Assembly (NCBI GenBank): GCA_051382335.1
Contig: JBBCAX010000097.1
Coordinates: 1-20,761, forward strand
Direction: 5' to 3'
Source: Deltaproteobacteria bacterium TL4
GTDB taxonomy: Bacteria > SAR324 > NAC60-12
Length of the DNA: 20,761 bases
The notes below the pieces were generated by a model. The model saw only the letters and a program-made list of their open reading frames with translations, was not told where the DNA came from and made no database searches. Positions 7,859-15,684 of the stretch are shown here, piece by piece. Made by a program: the position numbers and the translations under genes. Every line of letters begins with the position of its first letter. Position 1 is the first letter of the stretch.

Positions 7859-7963
7859 TATAGACTTTCAGATAAGTCTTTTCTGGGAACGCGGGCATCT
7901 TGCCCGCAAAAGCAGGCGGGACGACTGCGCTCCCAGCCCAAAATACTTTTCTGAAACACTATA
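7859..7963. mobile_element. MITE-like element B (105 bp): TATA-ended TIR around a CTGGGA-type REP doublet
   Basis: TATAGACTTTCAGATAAGTCTTTT vs revcomp end TATAGTGTTTCAGAAAAGTATTTT, 20/24. Inner hairpins GCGGGCA-TCT-TGCCCGC (7891-7907) and GCAGGCG-GGA-CGACTGC (7912-7928). TA ends suggest IS630/Tc1-mariner-type insertion. Confidence 0.7.
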
Positions 7964-8200
7964 GCTTATAGGGGGAATTTCCTTTTGTTTCAAGTATTTC
8001 ATACAAAACTTTTTAATTCTTTATATTCTTGAGTTTTTTTAAAAATTTTTGGTAATTAAACCAGTGGCGCACTTTTTTTTCAGGCGGCTTCCGACAACGA
8101 AAAATCATACAATTCATCGCTAGTGTTATGCCTTGTTCGCTCCTGATTGTGGCAAGCTATCAAATGAACTTTCGCTAACAGACATTCGACTTCTGGACCT

Positions 8201-8653
8201 TTACGGTTTCACCGCAACTTTGATAACGACTTTATGAAGCTGCCCCTTCGAGATCATTGGCATATGGGCATCTTCTGGGAAAAAGATCACATACCTTCCT
8301 TTTTTAGTCGAAATCCAAGCCTTGGGTTCATCCCCGAATAATTGAAGATCCTTTTCTTGCTCATAATCGTCTATGGGCTTTTTACAAGAAGACTTGTCTT
8401 TCCATCCCATATTATCTGTTCCTGCCAAGACCAGTTGGATGTCAATATACTTTTCATGTGTTTCAAGCTTTGCTTCCTTTTTTTTGCGTCCGGGTTCCTT
8501 TATGATCCGAGCATAGATTTGATCACCCTCTATCTCATATTTGCCCACGGGTAGCTCATAGAGATCTGGGCGTTTAAGAAAATCAAATGCTTTTGCAAAA
8601 AGTCTATTCAAGGGAAAATAACAATTTGCATTCTCAAGTACATCTAAAATCAT
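8201..8653 (-). CDS. YhcH/YjgK/YiaL (DUF386) family protein
   Basis: MILD start, LETHEKYIDIQ and IFFPEDAHMP motifs, KVVIKV end, 150 aa; AGGAG RBS. Confidence 0.93.
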   Translation of the reverse strand: MILDVLENANCYFPLNRLFAKAFDFLKRPDLYELPVGKYEIEGDQIYARIIKEPGRKKKEAKLETHEKYIDIQLVLAGTDNMGWKDKSSCKKPIDDYEQEKDLQLFGDEPKAWISTKKGRYVIFFPEDAHMPMISKGQLHKVVIKVAVKP

Positions 8654-8685
8654 GATTTCTGCTCCTGTTTAAAAAAGAGATCCAA

Positions 8686-8789
8686 TATACTTCTCCAGAA
8701 AAGTTTTGTCCTGGGAGCGAAGGCGTCCCGCCCTCCGGTGAGGGCAAGATACCCTCGCTCCCAGGACAAAACTTTCCTTGGGCACTATA
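8686..8789. mobile_element. MITE-like element C (104 bp), relative of element B in opposite orientation
   Basis: TATA at both ends; 35-bp IR with 30/35 match, including perfect AAAGTTTTGTCCTGGGAGCGA (8700-8720 / 8755-8775). The reverse complement aligns to the inner REPs of element B. Confidence 0.75.
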
Positions 8790-8884
8790 ATGAAAGTTGA
8801 GATAAGGATAAGAATGATTCTTATTGAAACGAGTGGAATACTCCAGATAATACGATAGAACAACGGAAGAATCCCTCATCCCAC

Positions 8885-8938
8885 GCACGATTTTATCTCA
8901 GTGAATCGTGCTCGGAAACGTGCTCGTAAACGTGTTCG
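8885..8938. repeat. Short hairpin plus 12-bp tandem repeat CGTGCTCG(G/T)AAA
   Basis: GCACGATT (8885-8892) pairs with AATCGTGC (8904-8911). Units CGTGCTCGGAAA, CGTGCTCGTAAA, CGTGTTCG start at 8907. Confidence 0.6.
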
Positions 8939-8953
8939 CCCCCCATAATTGTT

Positions 8954-9118
8954 CGGGGGTTGGTCCTATTTTCGGCCACAATTTGTAGGGGCGAACCTGT
9001 GTGTTCGCCCTGATCCTGGGCAGACACACAGGTCTGCCCCTACGGGATAAAACACAAATCAGGTGGAACATTAAAGATCAAATTTTTGACACATGGCCGA
9101 AAATGTGACCAACCCCCG
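8954..9118. mobile_element. MITE-like element D (165 bp): 25-bp TIR enclosing a GTAG REP doublet
   Basis: CGGGGGTTGGTCCTATTTTCGGCCA (8954-8978) vs TGGCCGAAAATGTGACCAACCCCCG (9094-9118), 23/25. No clear TSD. Confidence 0.72.
8985..9043. repeat. GTAG-family REP doublet (REPIN-like)
   Basis: GTAGGGGCGAACCTGTGTGTTCGCCC (8985-9010) and inverted GGGCAGACACACAGGTCTGCCCCTAC (9018-9043). Each has a GTAG foot plus hairpin, with a compensatory GA/TC to AG/CT change. Confidence 0.88.
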
Positions 9119-9225
9119 TAGAAGTGTCTTTAACCTATTTCGGGAAAGACGCTCCCAAAACGCACTGCGACTGATGCTTGTTTTAAGGAGAACGACTCAA
9201 GCAACTGGTCGCGAAAGAATACCAC

Positions 9226-11262
9226 TCAAAAAATAATGCGTGTTTTAGAGGAGCGGGATTGATGGGAGTTGTAAGTTTCAGAGACGTGTCGTTCTGTTGA
9301 AACGGTGGATGCCGGAAGTTCGTCAACAAAGCGGGAACGTTGTTTAGGCTCTTTATAGCCTCCGTTGTAAGTCGTAACCATCAGCGGTGAGGTCACCATC
9401 AAATAGCGTTTTGCCCGGGTCATCGCCACATAAAAAAGTCTCCGCTCCTCTTCCATTTGCTCCCTTGAGGCAAAGGACCGTTGATGCGGAAATTTCTCTT
9501 CAACCAAACCTATAATAAAAACAATATCCCACTCCAGACCTTTTGCTTGATGAATGGTGGTTAACGTTAAGCATTCTTTGTCTGTATTTTGCTCAGTTTC
9601 ATGCCCTTTTAAAGCGCTATTTCCTGTAAGGGAGAGTTCACTTAAAAAGTGTTCCAAAGTTGTATAACTTCCAGAAAAATCGATTAAATAAGTGATATCT
9701 TCCTCTCTCTGCTTATAATTATCAAAATTACTGTAAAGATACGATTTATAAAAATCGTGATACAAGAGATGCATCATTTCTGAAGGGGGTTTGCTGTCTT
9801 CAAGCATCGCTTTGAAACATCCAAGGAGTTTAGCCCATTCCGGTTGTGATTTTTTAGGAACTAACTGCTGTAAGGCTTGATTACTTTCGGTGAGTCGTAC
9901 TGCTTGCTGTTCCAGGAAAAGCGTGTATATTTTGGACGCTGTTGTGTTTCCAATACCTGGAAGCAGCATTAAAACCCGCGTCCAGGCAATTTCGTCCAGG
10001 GGATTGAACAGAATCTTTAGAAAAGAAATCAGGTCTTTAATATGAGCTTGCTCAAAGAATTTCACACCAGAATGAATGACATAAGGGATGCCGACACGAT
10101 CTAACGCCATTTGCAATACCGCGGATTGTCCGTGATTCCGATAGAGCACCGCCATCTCGTTGAGCTTGAATTCTTCCTCTTGATATTGTTTTATGTTTTC
10201 AATGATCACTTCCGCTTCAACATCTTGATCTTCAAGGTAATGAATGGCAGGTTTTTCGCCGGCAGGCAAATTGGAGTAGAGTTCCTTATGAAATTGTTCT
10301 TGATTGTGATTGATACTTGCGTTCGCGGATTGAAGAATTTGGGGGGTACTCCGGTAATTTTCTTCCAAACGATAAATATCTGCTTGATACTTGTTGGGGA
10401 AATCTAGAATATTACGAAAATTAGCCCCTCGCCAACTATAAATCGATTGGGCATCATCTCCAACCACCATTAAATTGTAATGGGGAGCCGACAGGTACTC
10501 AAGAAGGTTCGCTTGAACCTGGTTTGTATCTTGATATTCATCAACTAAGACATATTCTATTTTCTTTTGGAGTGGAAGTTGGCCAACCGAGGTAACAAGC
10601 AAATCCAACCAGTTTTCAAGCAGATCATCAAAGTCCAGGCAATTGTTTCTACGTTTTTTTTGCCGATAGACTTGATGGATGGCTAAAATCGATTCCGTAT
10701 ACTGACGAAAATGGCTGTAATCGTTTTGGATGAGGACTGGAAGTTCAAAGTAGCGTTCGGTGTACTTGTGTTTTTGGATCAAGGTCTGATTACAATACTT
10801 GTTGAACGCCAAAGAAAAAAGATGCTGCAACACTGAGGTTTTAGGAAAATTTGTGTCAGTTTTTCCAAGCACTTTGGTGACAGACGTTTTGATTAAATCT
10901 CTGGAATCCGAGGCGTCCAGAATGGTGAAATTATGTTCAAAGTTCAACAGGTTGGAATATTTTCTTAAAAAATGACTTCCCACGCTATGAAAGGTTCCAT
11001 GCGTCATCATCTGCGAAACTTTAGCGGTGCCGGCAACTTGAGCAACACGATGAATCATTTCCTGAGCGGCTTTGTTGGTAAAGGTCAGCAGCATGATTGA
11101 AGAGGGGGCAACCCCCGACTGAATCAAATGAGCGACGCGGTGCGTAATGACTCGTGTTTTGCCGCTGCCCGCACCGGCAATGACCAAGGCCGGACCTTTT
11201 TGATGTTCCACTATTTTTTTTTGTTGAGGATTTAACTGTTCCAAACTAAAGGACTGAGACAT
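9226..11262 (-). CDS. UvrD/PcrA/Rep-family SF1 ATP-dependent DNA helicase
   Basis: AGAGSGKT, TFTNKAA, DEYQD, VVGDDAQSIY, NYRS, TIHQAKGLEW, EERRLFYVAMTRA. Confidence 0.96.
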   Translation of the reverse strand: MSQSFSLEQLNPQQKKIVEHQKGPALVIAGAGSGKTRVITHRVAHLIQSGVAPSSIMLLTFTNKAAQEMIHRVAQVAGTAKVSQMMTHGTFHSVGSHFLRKYSNLLNFEHNFTILDASDSRDLIKTSVTKVLGKTDTNFPKTSVLQHLFSLAFNKYCNQTLIQKHKYTERYFELPVLIQNDYSHFRQYTESILAIHQVYRQKKRRNNCLDFDDLLENWLDLLVTSVGQLPLQKKIEYVLVDEYQDTNQVQANLLEYLSAPHYNLMVVGDDAQSIYSWRGANFRNILDFPNKYQADIYRLEENYRSTPQILQSANASINHNQEQFHKELYSNLPAGEKPAIHYLEDQDVEAEVIIENIKQYQEEEFKLNEMAVLYRNHGQSAVLQMALDRVGIPYVIHSGVKFFEQAHIKDLISFLKILFNPLDEIAWTRVLMLLPGIGNTTASKIYTLFLEQQAVRLTESNQALQQLVPKKSQPEWAKLLGCFKAMLEDSKPPSEMMHLLYHDFYKSYLYSNFDNYKQREEDITYLIDFSGSYTTLEHFLSELSLTGNSALKGHETEQNTDKECLTLTTIHQAKGLEWDIVFIIGLVEEKFPHQRSFASREQMEEERRLFYVAMTRAKRYLMVTSPLMVTTYNGGYKEPKQRSRFVDELPASTVSTERHVSETYNSHQSRSSKTRIIF

Positions 11263-11440
11263 AGTTGTTGCTTCAATGATTTTTTAAATTCTGGAGATAA
11301 AACCTATGGATTGCAGGATACAGGGACTCTTTCGCAAAAGAGGCGCTATTATTGTATTGAATTTGAGGAATAGTCAAAGCATTTTAGAAGGATCAAAAAT
11401 CACCAGAAGGTGACAAAATCATAAAAGAAAGGACTGATAA

Positions 11441-12724
11441 ATGATTACCGCATTTGTATGGTTTTCCGTTGGGATTGTTGGAGCAACAGGTCTTGTCGCC
11501 GGACTTGTTAAAGTTTTTGTGGTGATTTATTACGTACCTCCTACGGCTTTGATAAAAAGCCATAAAACTTTAACAGCGAAAGACGCGGAAAAGCAAATTG
11601 TTCAATTTGAAAAAGAAAGACTCAAACTACAAGAAGCTGAAACCAAAGAACAGGCACGGATTGAAAAAGCAAAAAATGAAATCCGTTTGGCTAAAGCCAG
11701 AGAACAAGAAGAAAAACTTAAAACAGAACTTGAAGAAAAACAAAAAGAACTGACCCAAAAACAATCTTTGACGAAGGCCATTCTTGTCGAAGAAGAATCC
11801 AAAGCCCCGCCAACCAACTTTTTGGAACGCTTAAAACAAGGCATCAGTAAAACCCGTAATAATCTGATGCAGGGTTTGGGGGAAGCGGTTTTGGGTAAGA
11901 AGGAAATAGATGACGAAGTTTTAGACCACTTGGAAGAAGTTTTGCTCAGTGCGGATATTGGTCCCGAAACGACTTATCGGATTTTAGAAGCCATTACCCA
12001 AAAAGTGGAACGGAAAGAACTGAAAGACCCGCAGGTATTACAAAAAATGGTTAAAAATGAGATTGTCAAAATCATGAGTAAAACCTATGCAGTCACCTCT
12101 CTCGAAGAGAAAAAGCCGCTCGTCTTACTTTTTGTGGGTGTGAACGGCGTAGGGAAAACGACCACCATTGGAAAAATCGCGGCTCAATATCAACAGCAGG
12201 GAAAGAAAGTGCTGATGGGGGCAGGGGACACTTTTCGAGCCGCGGCGATTGAACAGTTAACAGAATGGAGCAAAAGGGCCGGGTGTGATATTATCGCGAA
12301 AACAGCAGGAAGTGACCCTTCTTCTGTGATGTATGAGTCCGTCCAAAAAGCGATTAACGAAAATTATGATGTAGTGATTTGTGACACGGCAGGACGGTTA
12401 CACACCAAACAAAACTTGATGGAAGAGTTGAAAAAAATGATCCGTGTGATTCAAAAATTAATACCTGAGGCGCCTCACGAGGTCCTCTTGGTTTTGGACG
12501 CGACTACGGGTCAGAACGCTATTTTTCAAACAAGAGATTTCCGACAAGCCGCTAATTTAACGGGTTTGGTGATCACCAAGCTGGATGGTACCGCAAAAGG
12601 CGGCGTGGTGATTGGAATTGTTAACGAGTTTGATATCCCTGTTCGATATATCGGTGTCGGGGAAAGCGTTGAGGACTTACGACCCTTCGACGCAATCGCT
12701 TTCACCAACTCTTTGTTTGAGTAA
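11441..12724 (+). CDS. ftsY: Signal recognition particle receptor FtsY
   Basis: GVNGVGKTTT, GDTFRAAA, DTAGRLH, DATTGQN, TKLDGTAKGG, GVGE..EDL..F; AAGGA RBS. Confidence 0.97.
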   Translation: MITAFVWFSVGIVGATGLVAGLVKVFVVIYYVPPTALIKSHKTLTAKDAEKQIVQFEKERLKLQEAETKEQARIEKAKNEIRLAKAREQEEKLKTELEEKQKELTQKQSLTKAILVEEESKAPPTNFLERLKQGISKTRNNLMQGLGEAVLGKKEIDDEVLDHLEEVLLSADIGPETTYRILEAITQKVERKELKDPQVLQKMVKNEIVKIMSKTYAVTSLEEKKPLVLLFVGVNGVGKTTTIGKIAAQYQQQGKKVLMGAGDTFRAAAIEQLTEWSKRAGCDIIAKTAGSDPSSVMYESVQKAINENYDVVICDTAGRLHTKQNLMEELKKMIRVIQKLIPEAPHEVLLVLDATTGQNAIFQTRDFRQAANLTGLVITKLDGTAKGGVVIGIVNEFDIPVRYIGVGESVEDLRPFDAIAFTNSLFE

Positions 12725-12752
12725 GGGCGACCAGACGCATCCACCTACAGGC

Positions 12753-12788
12753 CATCGGGAATTATTGTTTTGGCTGGTGTTCCCGATG
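12753..12788 (+). terminator. Hairpin downstream of ftsY, possible terminator
   Basis: CATCGGGAA (12753-12761) / TTCCCGATG (12780-12788), perfect 9 bp. Large loop and no strong U-tract. Confidence 0.35.
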
Positions 12789-13001
12789 AACATTTAGCTT
12801 GGATCTTTGCTGTGTTTCTCTATCCTTTTCTGTGTCTAGCAGACAAGCGTTGCAGGTTGTATGAGGAAGGGTGCAATGAACGTTGCAACGCTTAATTTGG
12901 AGAAAACGGAACGACCAGTGGGACTCTTGTCATGGGGGAAAACGAATCTTTACGGAGTGATTCTGACACACTGAGGGGTTCTGAATACAGGGTCCGCTGT
13001 T

Positions 13002-13044
13002 TTGAGGCACAATAAATTTTTCCTTGAAATTTATTGAGGCTCAA
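13002..13044. terminator. 18-bp imperfect inverted repeat between convergent transcription units
   Basis: TTGAGGCACAATAAATTT (13002-13019) vs AAATTTATTGAGGCTCAA (13027-13044), 16/18, adjacent to the stop codon of the 67-aa ORF. Confidence 0.55.
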
Positions 13045-13046
13045 CG

Positions 13047-13250
13047 CTACACTAAAATATCCAGAACCATAACATAGATGATAGGACGTTCTACATCTTT
13101 GTCTATTCTTCGAATTACCTGGTAGCTGACCTTATCAAAAACAAATTGTCCTCCTTCCATCACTTCGTCTTCATAAAGCTCTAAGGCGACACACTCGGCT
13201 TGTGATAACAAACCATGCACATTAACCATTATTCTGTTTCTCATTCGCAT
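13047..13250 (-). CDS. Small hypothetical protein (67 aa)
   Basis: Fills an otherwise empty gap, has AAAGG before ATG and a hairpin after the stop; protein-like, beta-rich composition. No family recognised. Confidence 0.6.
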   Translation of the reverse strand: MRMRNRIMVNVHGLLSQAECVALELYEDEVMEGGQFVFDKVSYQVIRRIDKDVERPIIYVMVLDILV

Positions 13251-13499
13251 AAAACCTTTTGTTGAAAAATATCCTTGTACGATTTTTGGTGGAGTATGAA
13301 GACTTTATGATACGTCTTCAAGTTTTTTTGAAGCCTGATTAAAAATAAGCTGGGGTTAGCACAAAAAAATGCCTTGAAAAATATTATTTTTTTTATCTAA
13401 TAGCCATCAATCAGTGCGCTCTTAATCCTGAGGGGATGTCCAATTTAAAGCTATTGATGTTTTACGTTACTTCATACTTTGACAAGGAAAGAAAAAATT

Positions 13500-15002
13500 A
13501 TGGAAATCAAGATTGAATATTTAGCCCAGTCTCTTTCAAACATGAAATTAAACGCGGTGGTGGTGTTCATGCCAGAAAAGACGGACGTGGAAGCTTGTGA
13601 CTTGGGACATTTGCCTAACCCCTTGAAGAAAGCCTTAACGCAAGCGTTAGCTCTTAAAATATTTTCAGGAAAAATAGGGTCCAGTCAACTTCTTTTTCCT
13701 GTCTCCAATGCCATTCCGCTCCTCTTGGCTGTGGGCTTGGGAGACGTAAAAGACATTGACGGTGAGGCCTTAAGAAGAGCGGCGGGGAAAGCGGGAAAAT
13801 CGATTCATGCCTTAAAAGCAGAGACGATCGGAGTTGTGGTCCCTTCTTTTCTGAAAAAAAAATTAAAAACAAAAATCGGAACGATTGTCACCGAGGGGTT
13901 GTTATTAGGGAATTATCGGTTTGACACCTATAAATCCAAAAAAGAGGAGGATGAGCTTCCCCAAGAAAAATTGACGCTCAAATTTTTGGATCCCAACAAA
14001 TCAACGTCTTCCAAGGCTGTGCAAAGTGGGGAACTCCGGGCAGAAGCGACGAATTACGCGAGAACGTTAGGAAATACCCCGGCCAATGACATGACGCCTT
14101 CTCTGTTGGTGGAAAGCGCAAAGCAAATGGCTGAAACCTCTCAACTTCAGCTCAGTGTGCTCGAAGAAGAAGAGATGGCAGCGTTAGGCATGAACCTGCT
14201 TTTAGGCGTGAGTCAAGGTTCTCGAGAACCCGCAAAATTAATCATTTTAGAATACCGTCATCCCAAAGCTCAAAAAACGCTGGCGCTTGTCGGCAAAGGC
14301 ATCACCTTTGATTCTGGTGGCTTGTCCTTAAAATCAGGGAAAGGGATGGAGGAAATGAAATTTGATATGTGCGGCGCCGCTGCCGTTTTGGGCGCCATGA
14401 AAGTGATCGGCCAACATAAGCCTCATATCAATGTGATTGGCGTTATTCCCGCAACAGAAAACTTGCTGGGCGGAAACGCGCAACGGCCTGGGGATATTGT
14501 TAAATCACATTCTGGTAAAACGGTTGAAATCATCAACACGGATGCTGAAGGCCGATTGATTTTAGGCGATGCCTTAAGTTACACCTCGCAAACATTCAGT
14601 CCGGATGCTATTATTGATTTAGCAACGTTGACGGGCGCGTGTATTGTCGCGCTGGGACATCATGTCACCGCGGCAATCACGAACGATTCCAAACTGTTAA
14701 AGTCCGTCATCAAGGCCGGGAATGATAGCGGTGAGCGGATTTGGGAACTTCCGGGTTATAAGGACTATGAAGAAGGTTTAAAAAGCGGGAATGCGGATCT
14801 GCAGAATATTACCAATGCGGGTGCCGGCACCATCACCGCGGGTTTATTCCTGAAAAATTTCATCGATGATATTCCTTGGGTACACTTGGATATCGCGGGT
14901 ACCGCCTGGGGGGTGAAGGGCATCGACTATCACCCTAATACCAATGCCACAGGAGTGGGGGTGCGCTTGTTAGTCGATTGGGTTTTCTCCTTTCAGAGCT
15001 AA
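13500..15002 (+). CDS. pepA: Leucyl aminopeptidase (peptidase M17)
   Basis: VGKGITFDSGG, MKFDMCGAA, NTDAEGRL, ATLTGA, WVHLDIAG. Start placed at ATG 13500 (AAGGA at 13484-13488) rather than TTG 13479. Confidence 0.96.
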   Translation: MEIKIEYLAQSLSNMKLNAVVVFMPEKTDVEACDLGHLPNPLKKALTQALALKIFSGKIGSSQLLFPVSNAIPLLLAVGLGDVKDIDGEALRRAAGKAGKSIHALKAETIGVVVPSFLKKKLKTKIGTIVTEGLLLGNYRFDTYKSKKEEDELPQEKLTLKFLDPNKSTSSKAVQSGELRAEATNYARTLGNTPANDMTPSLLVESAKQMAETSQLQLSVLEEEEMAALGMNLLLGVSQGSREPAKLIILEYRHPKAQKTLALVGKGITFDSGGLSLKSGKGMEEMKFDMCGAAAVLGAMKVIGQHKPHINVIGVIPATENLLGGNAQRPGDIVKSHSGKTVEIINTDAEGRLILGDALSYTSQTFSPDAIIDLATLTGACIVALGHHVTAAITNDSKLLKSVIKAGNDSGERIWELPGYKDYEEGLKSGNADLQNITNAGAGTITAGLFLKNFIDDIPWVHLDIAGTAWGVKGIDYHPNTNATGVGVRLLVDWVFSFQS

Positions 15003-15009
15003 CCTTGTG

Positions 15010-15684
15010 ATGGAAAAAAGAACGCTTATCGTAGGGGATGTTCATGGGTGTCTTCGTGAATTGAAAGATTTACTGGAAAAACTAAAATACCGGAAAGATC
15101 AGGATTCCTTAATATTCATCGGAGATTTAATCAACAAAGGGCCATGCTCCCTCGAAGTCATTAAAACAGTCCGCGATTTAAAGGCTCAGGTGATTTTGGG
15201 GAATCATGAATGGGGCTTTCTTAAATATTTGAAAGATGGTTCTTACGCAAAGGACGGATTCCCCAAAGTCGAAGCCGCGTTAGGTGACGAGCTTCCCTAT
15301 TGGAAAGCCTGGTTTGAGCAGTTTCCACGGTACCTTGAAACCTCCGATTATTTGGTGGTCCATGCCGGGTTTGTGCCTGGGATTCATCCCACGTGTACCA
15401 GTTCCCGGATTTTAACCACGATACGAACCTGGGATGGTGCGGGGAATGATTTAAATAATCCCGTGAAGGATCCGGCCTGGTATGAATTATATCATGAAAA
15501 AAAGTTAGTGATTTTTGGTCATTGGGCAAAACAGGGATTGATCCTTCGTCCAAACGCGATTGGCTTGGATACAGGCTGTGTCTATGGCGGAGAATTATCA
15601 GCGCTGGTTTTGCCTGAACGCACGATTGTCCAGGTACCTGCCTATCAGATCTACGATATGCCAACCTCAGAGTTTATTTTGTGA
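15010..15684 (+). CDS. Calcineurin-like metallophosphoesterase (ApaH/PrpA-like)
   Basis: GDVHG, GDLINKG, GNHE, VHAG, FGHW, LDTGCVYGG.LSA. Start is ATG 15010 or GTG 15007. Confidence 0.92.
   Translation: MEKRTLIVGDVHGCLRELKDLLEKLKYRKDQDSLIFIGDLINKGPCSLEVIKTVRDLKAQVILGNHEWGFLKYLKDGSYAKDGFPKVEAALGDELPYWKAWFEQFPRYLETSDYLVVHAGFVPGIHPTCTSSRILTTIRTWDGAGNDLNNPVKDPAWYELYHEKKLVIFGHWAKQGLILRPNAIGLDTGCVYGGELSALVLPERTIVQVPAYQIYDMPTSEFIL

Noticed and set aside
8090..8180. Possible integron attC next to the yhcH-like gene (CGACAAC...GTTATGC; GCTAAC)
   Set aside because: The AAC-to-GTT span is only ~40 bp, with no internal L-box palindrome, and there is no integrase or second cassette.
8634..8888. Minus-strand ORFs 8634-8888 and 8669-8863
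   Set aside because: They read through palindromic element C, give repeat-derived peptide and show no family motifs.
7621..8908. 10-bp direct repeat CAGTGAATCG (7621-7630, 8899-8908) as a TSD of a 1.3-kb insertion
   Set aside because: About one 10-mer match is expected by chance in a region this size, and no element end adjoins the right copy.
7630..9118. Repeat cluster as a CRISPR array
   Set aside because: No identical direct repeats with regular unique spacers and no cas genes; the repeats are inverted and heterogeneous.
12725..13046. SRP (4.5S) RNA or 6S RNA downstream of ftsY
   Set aside because: The SRP domain IV consensus (CAGG...GGAA...GCAGC) was not found on either strand, and no long 6S-like rod was evident.
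13479..13499. TTG start for pepA given by the ORF track
   Set aside because: The in-frame ATG at 13500 has an AAGGA RBS upstream; the TTG has none.
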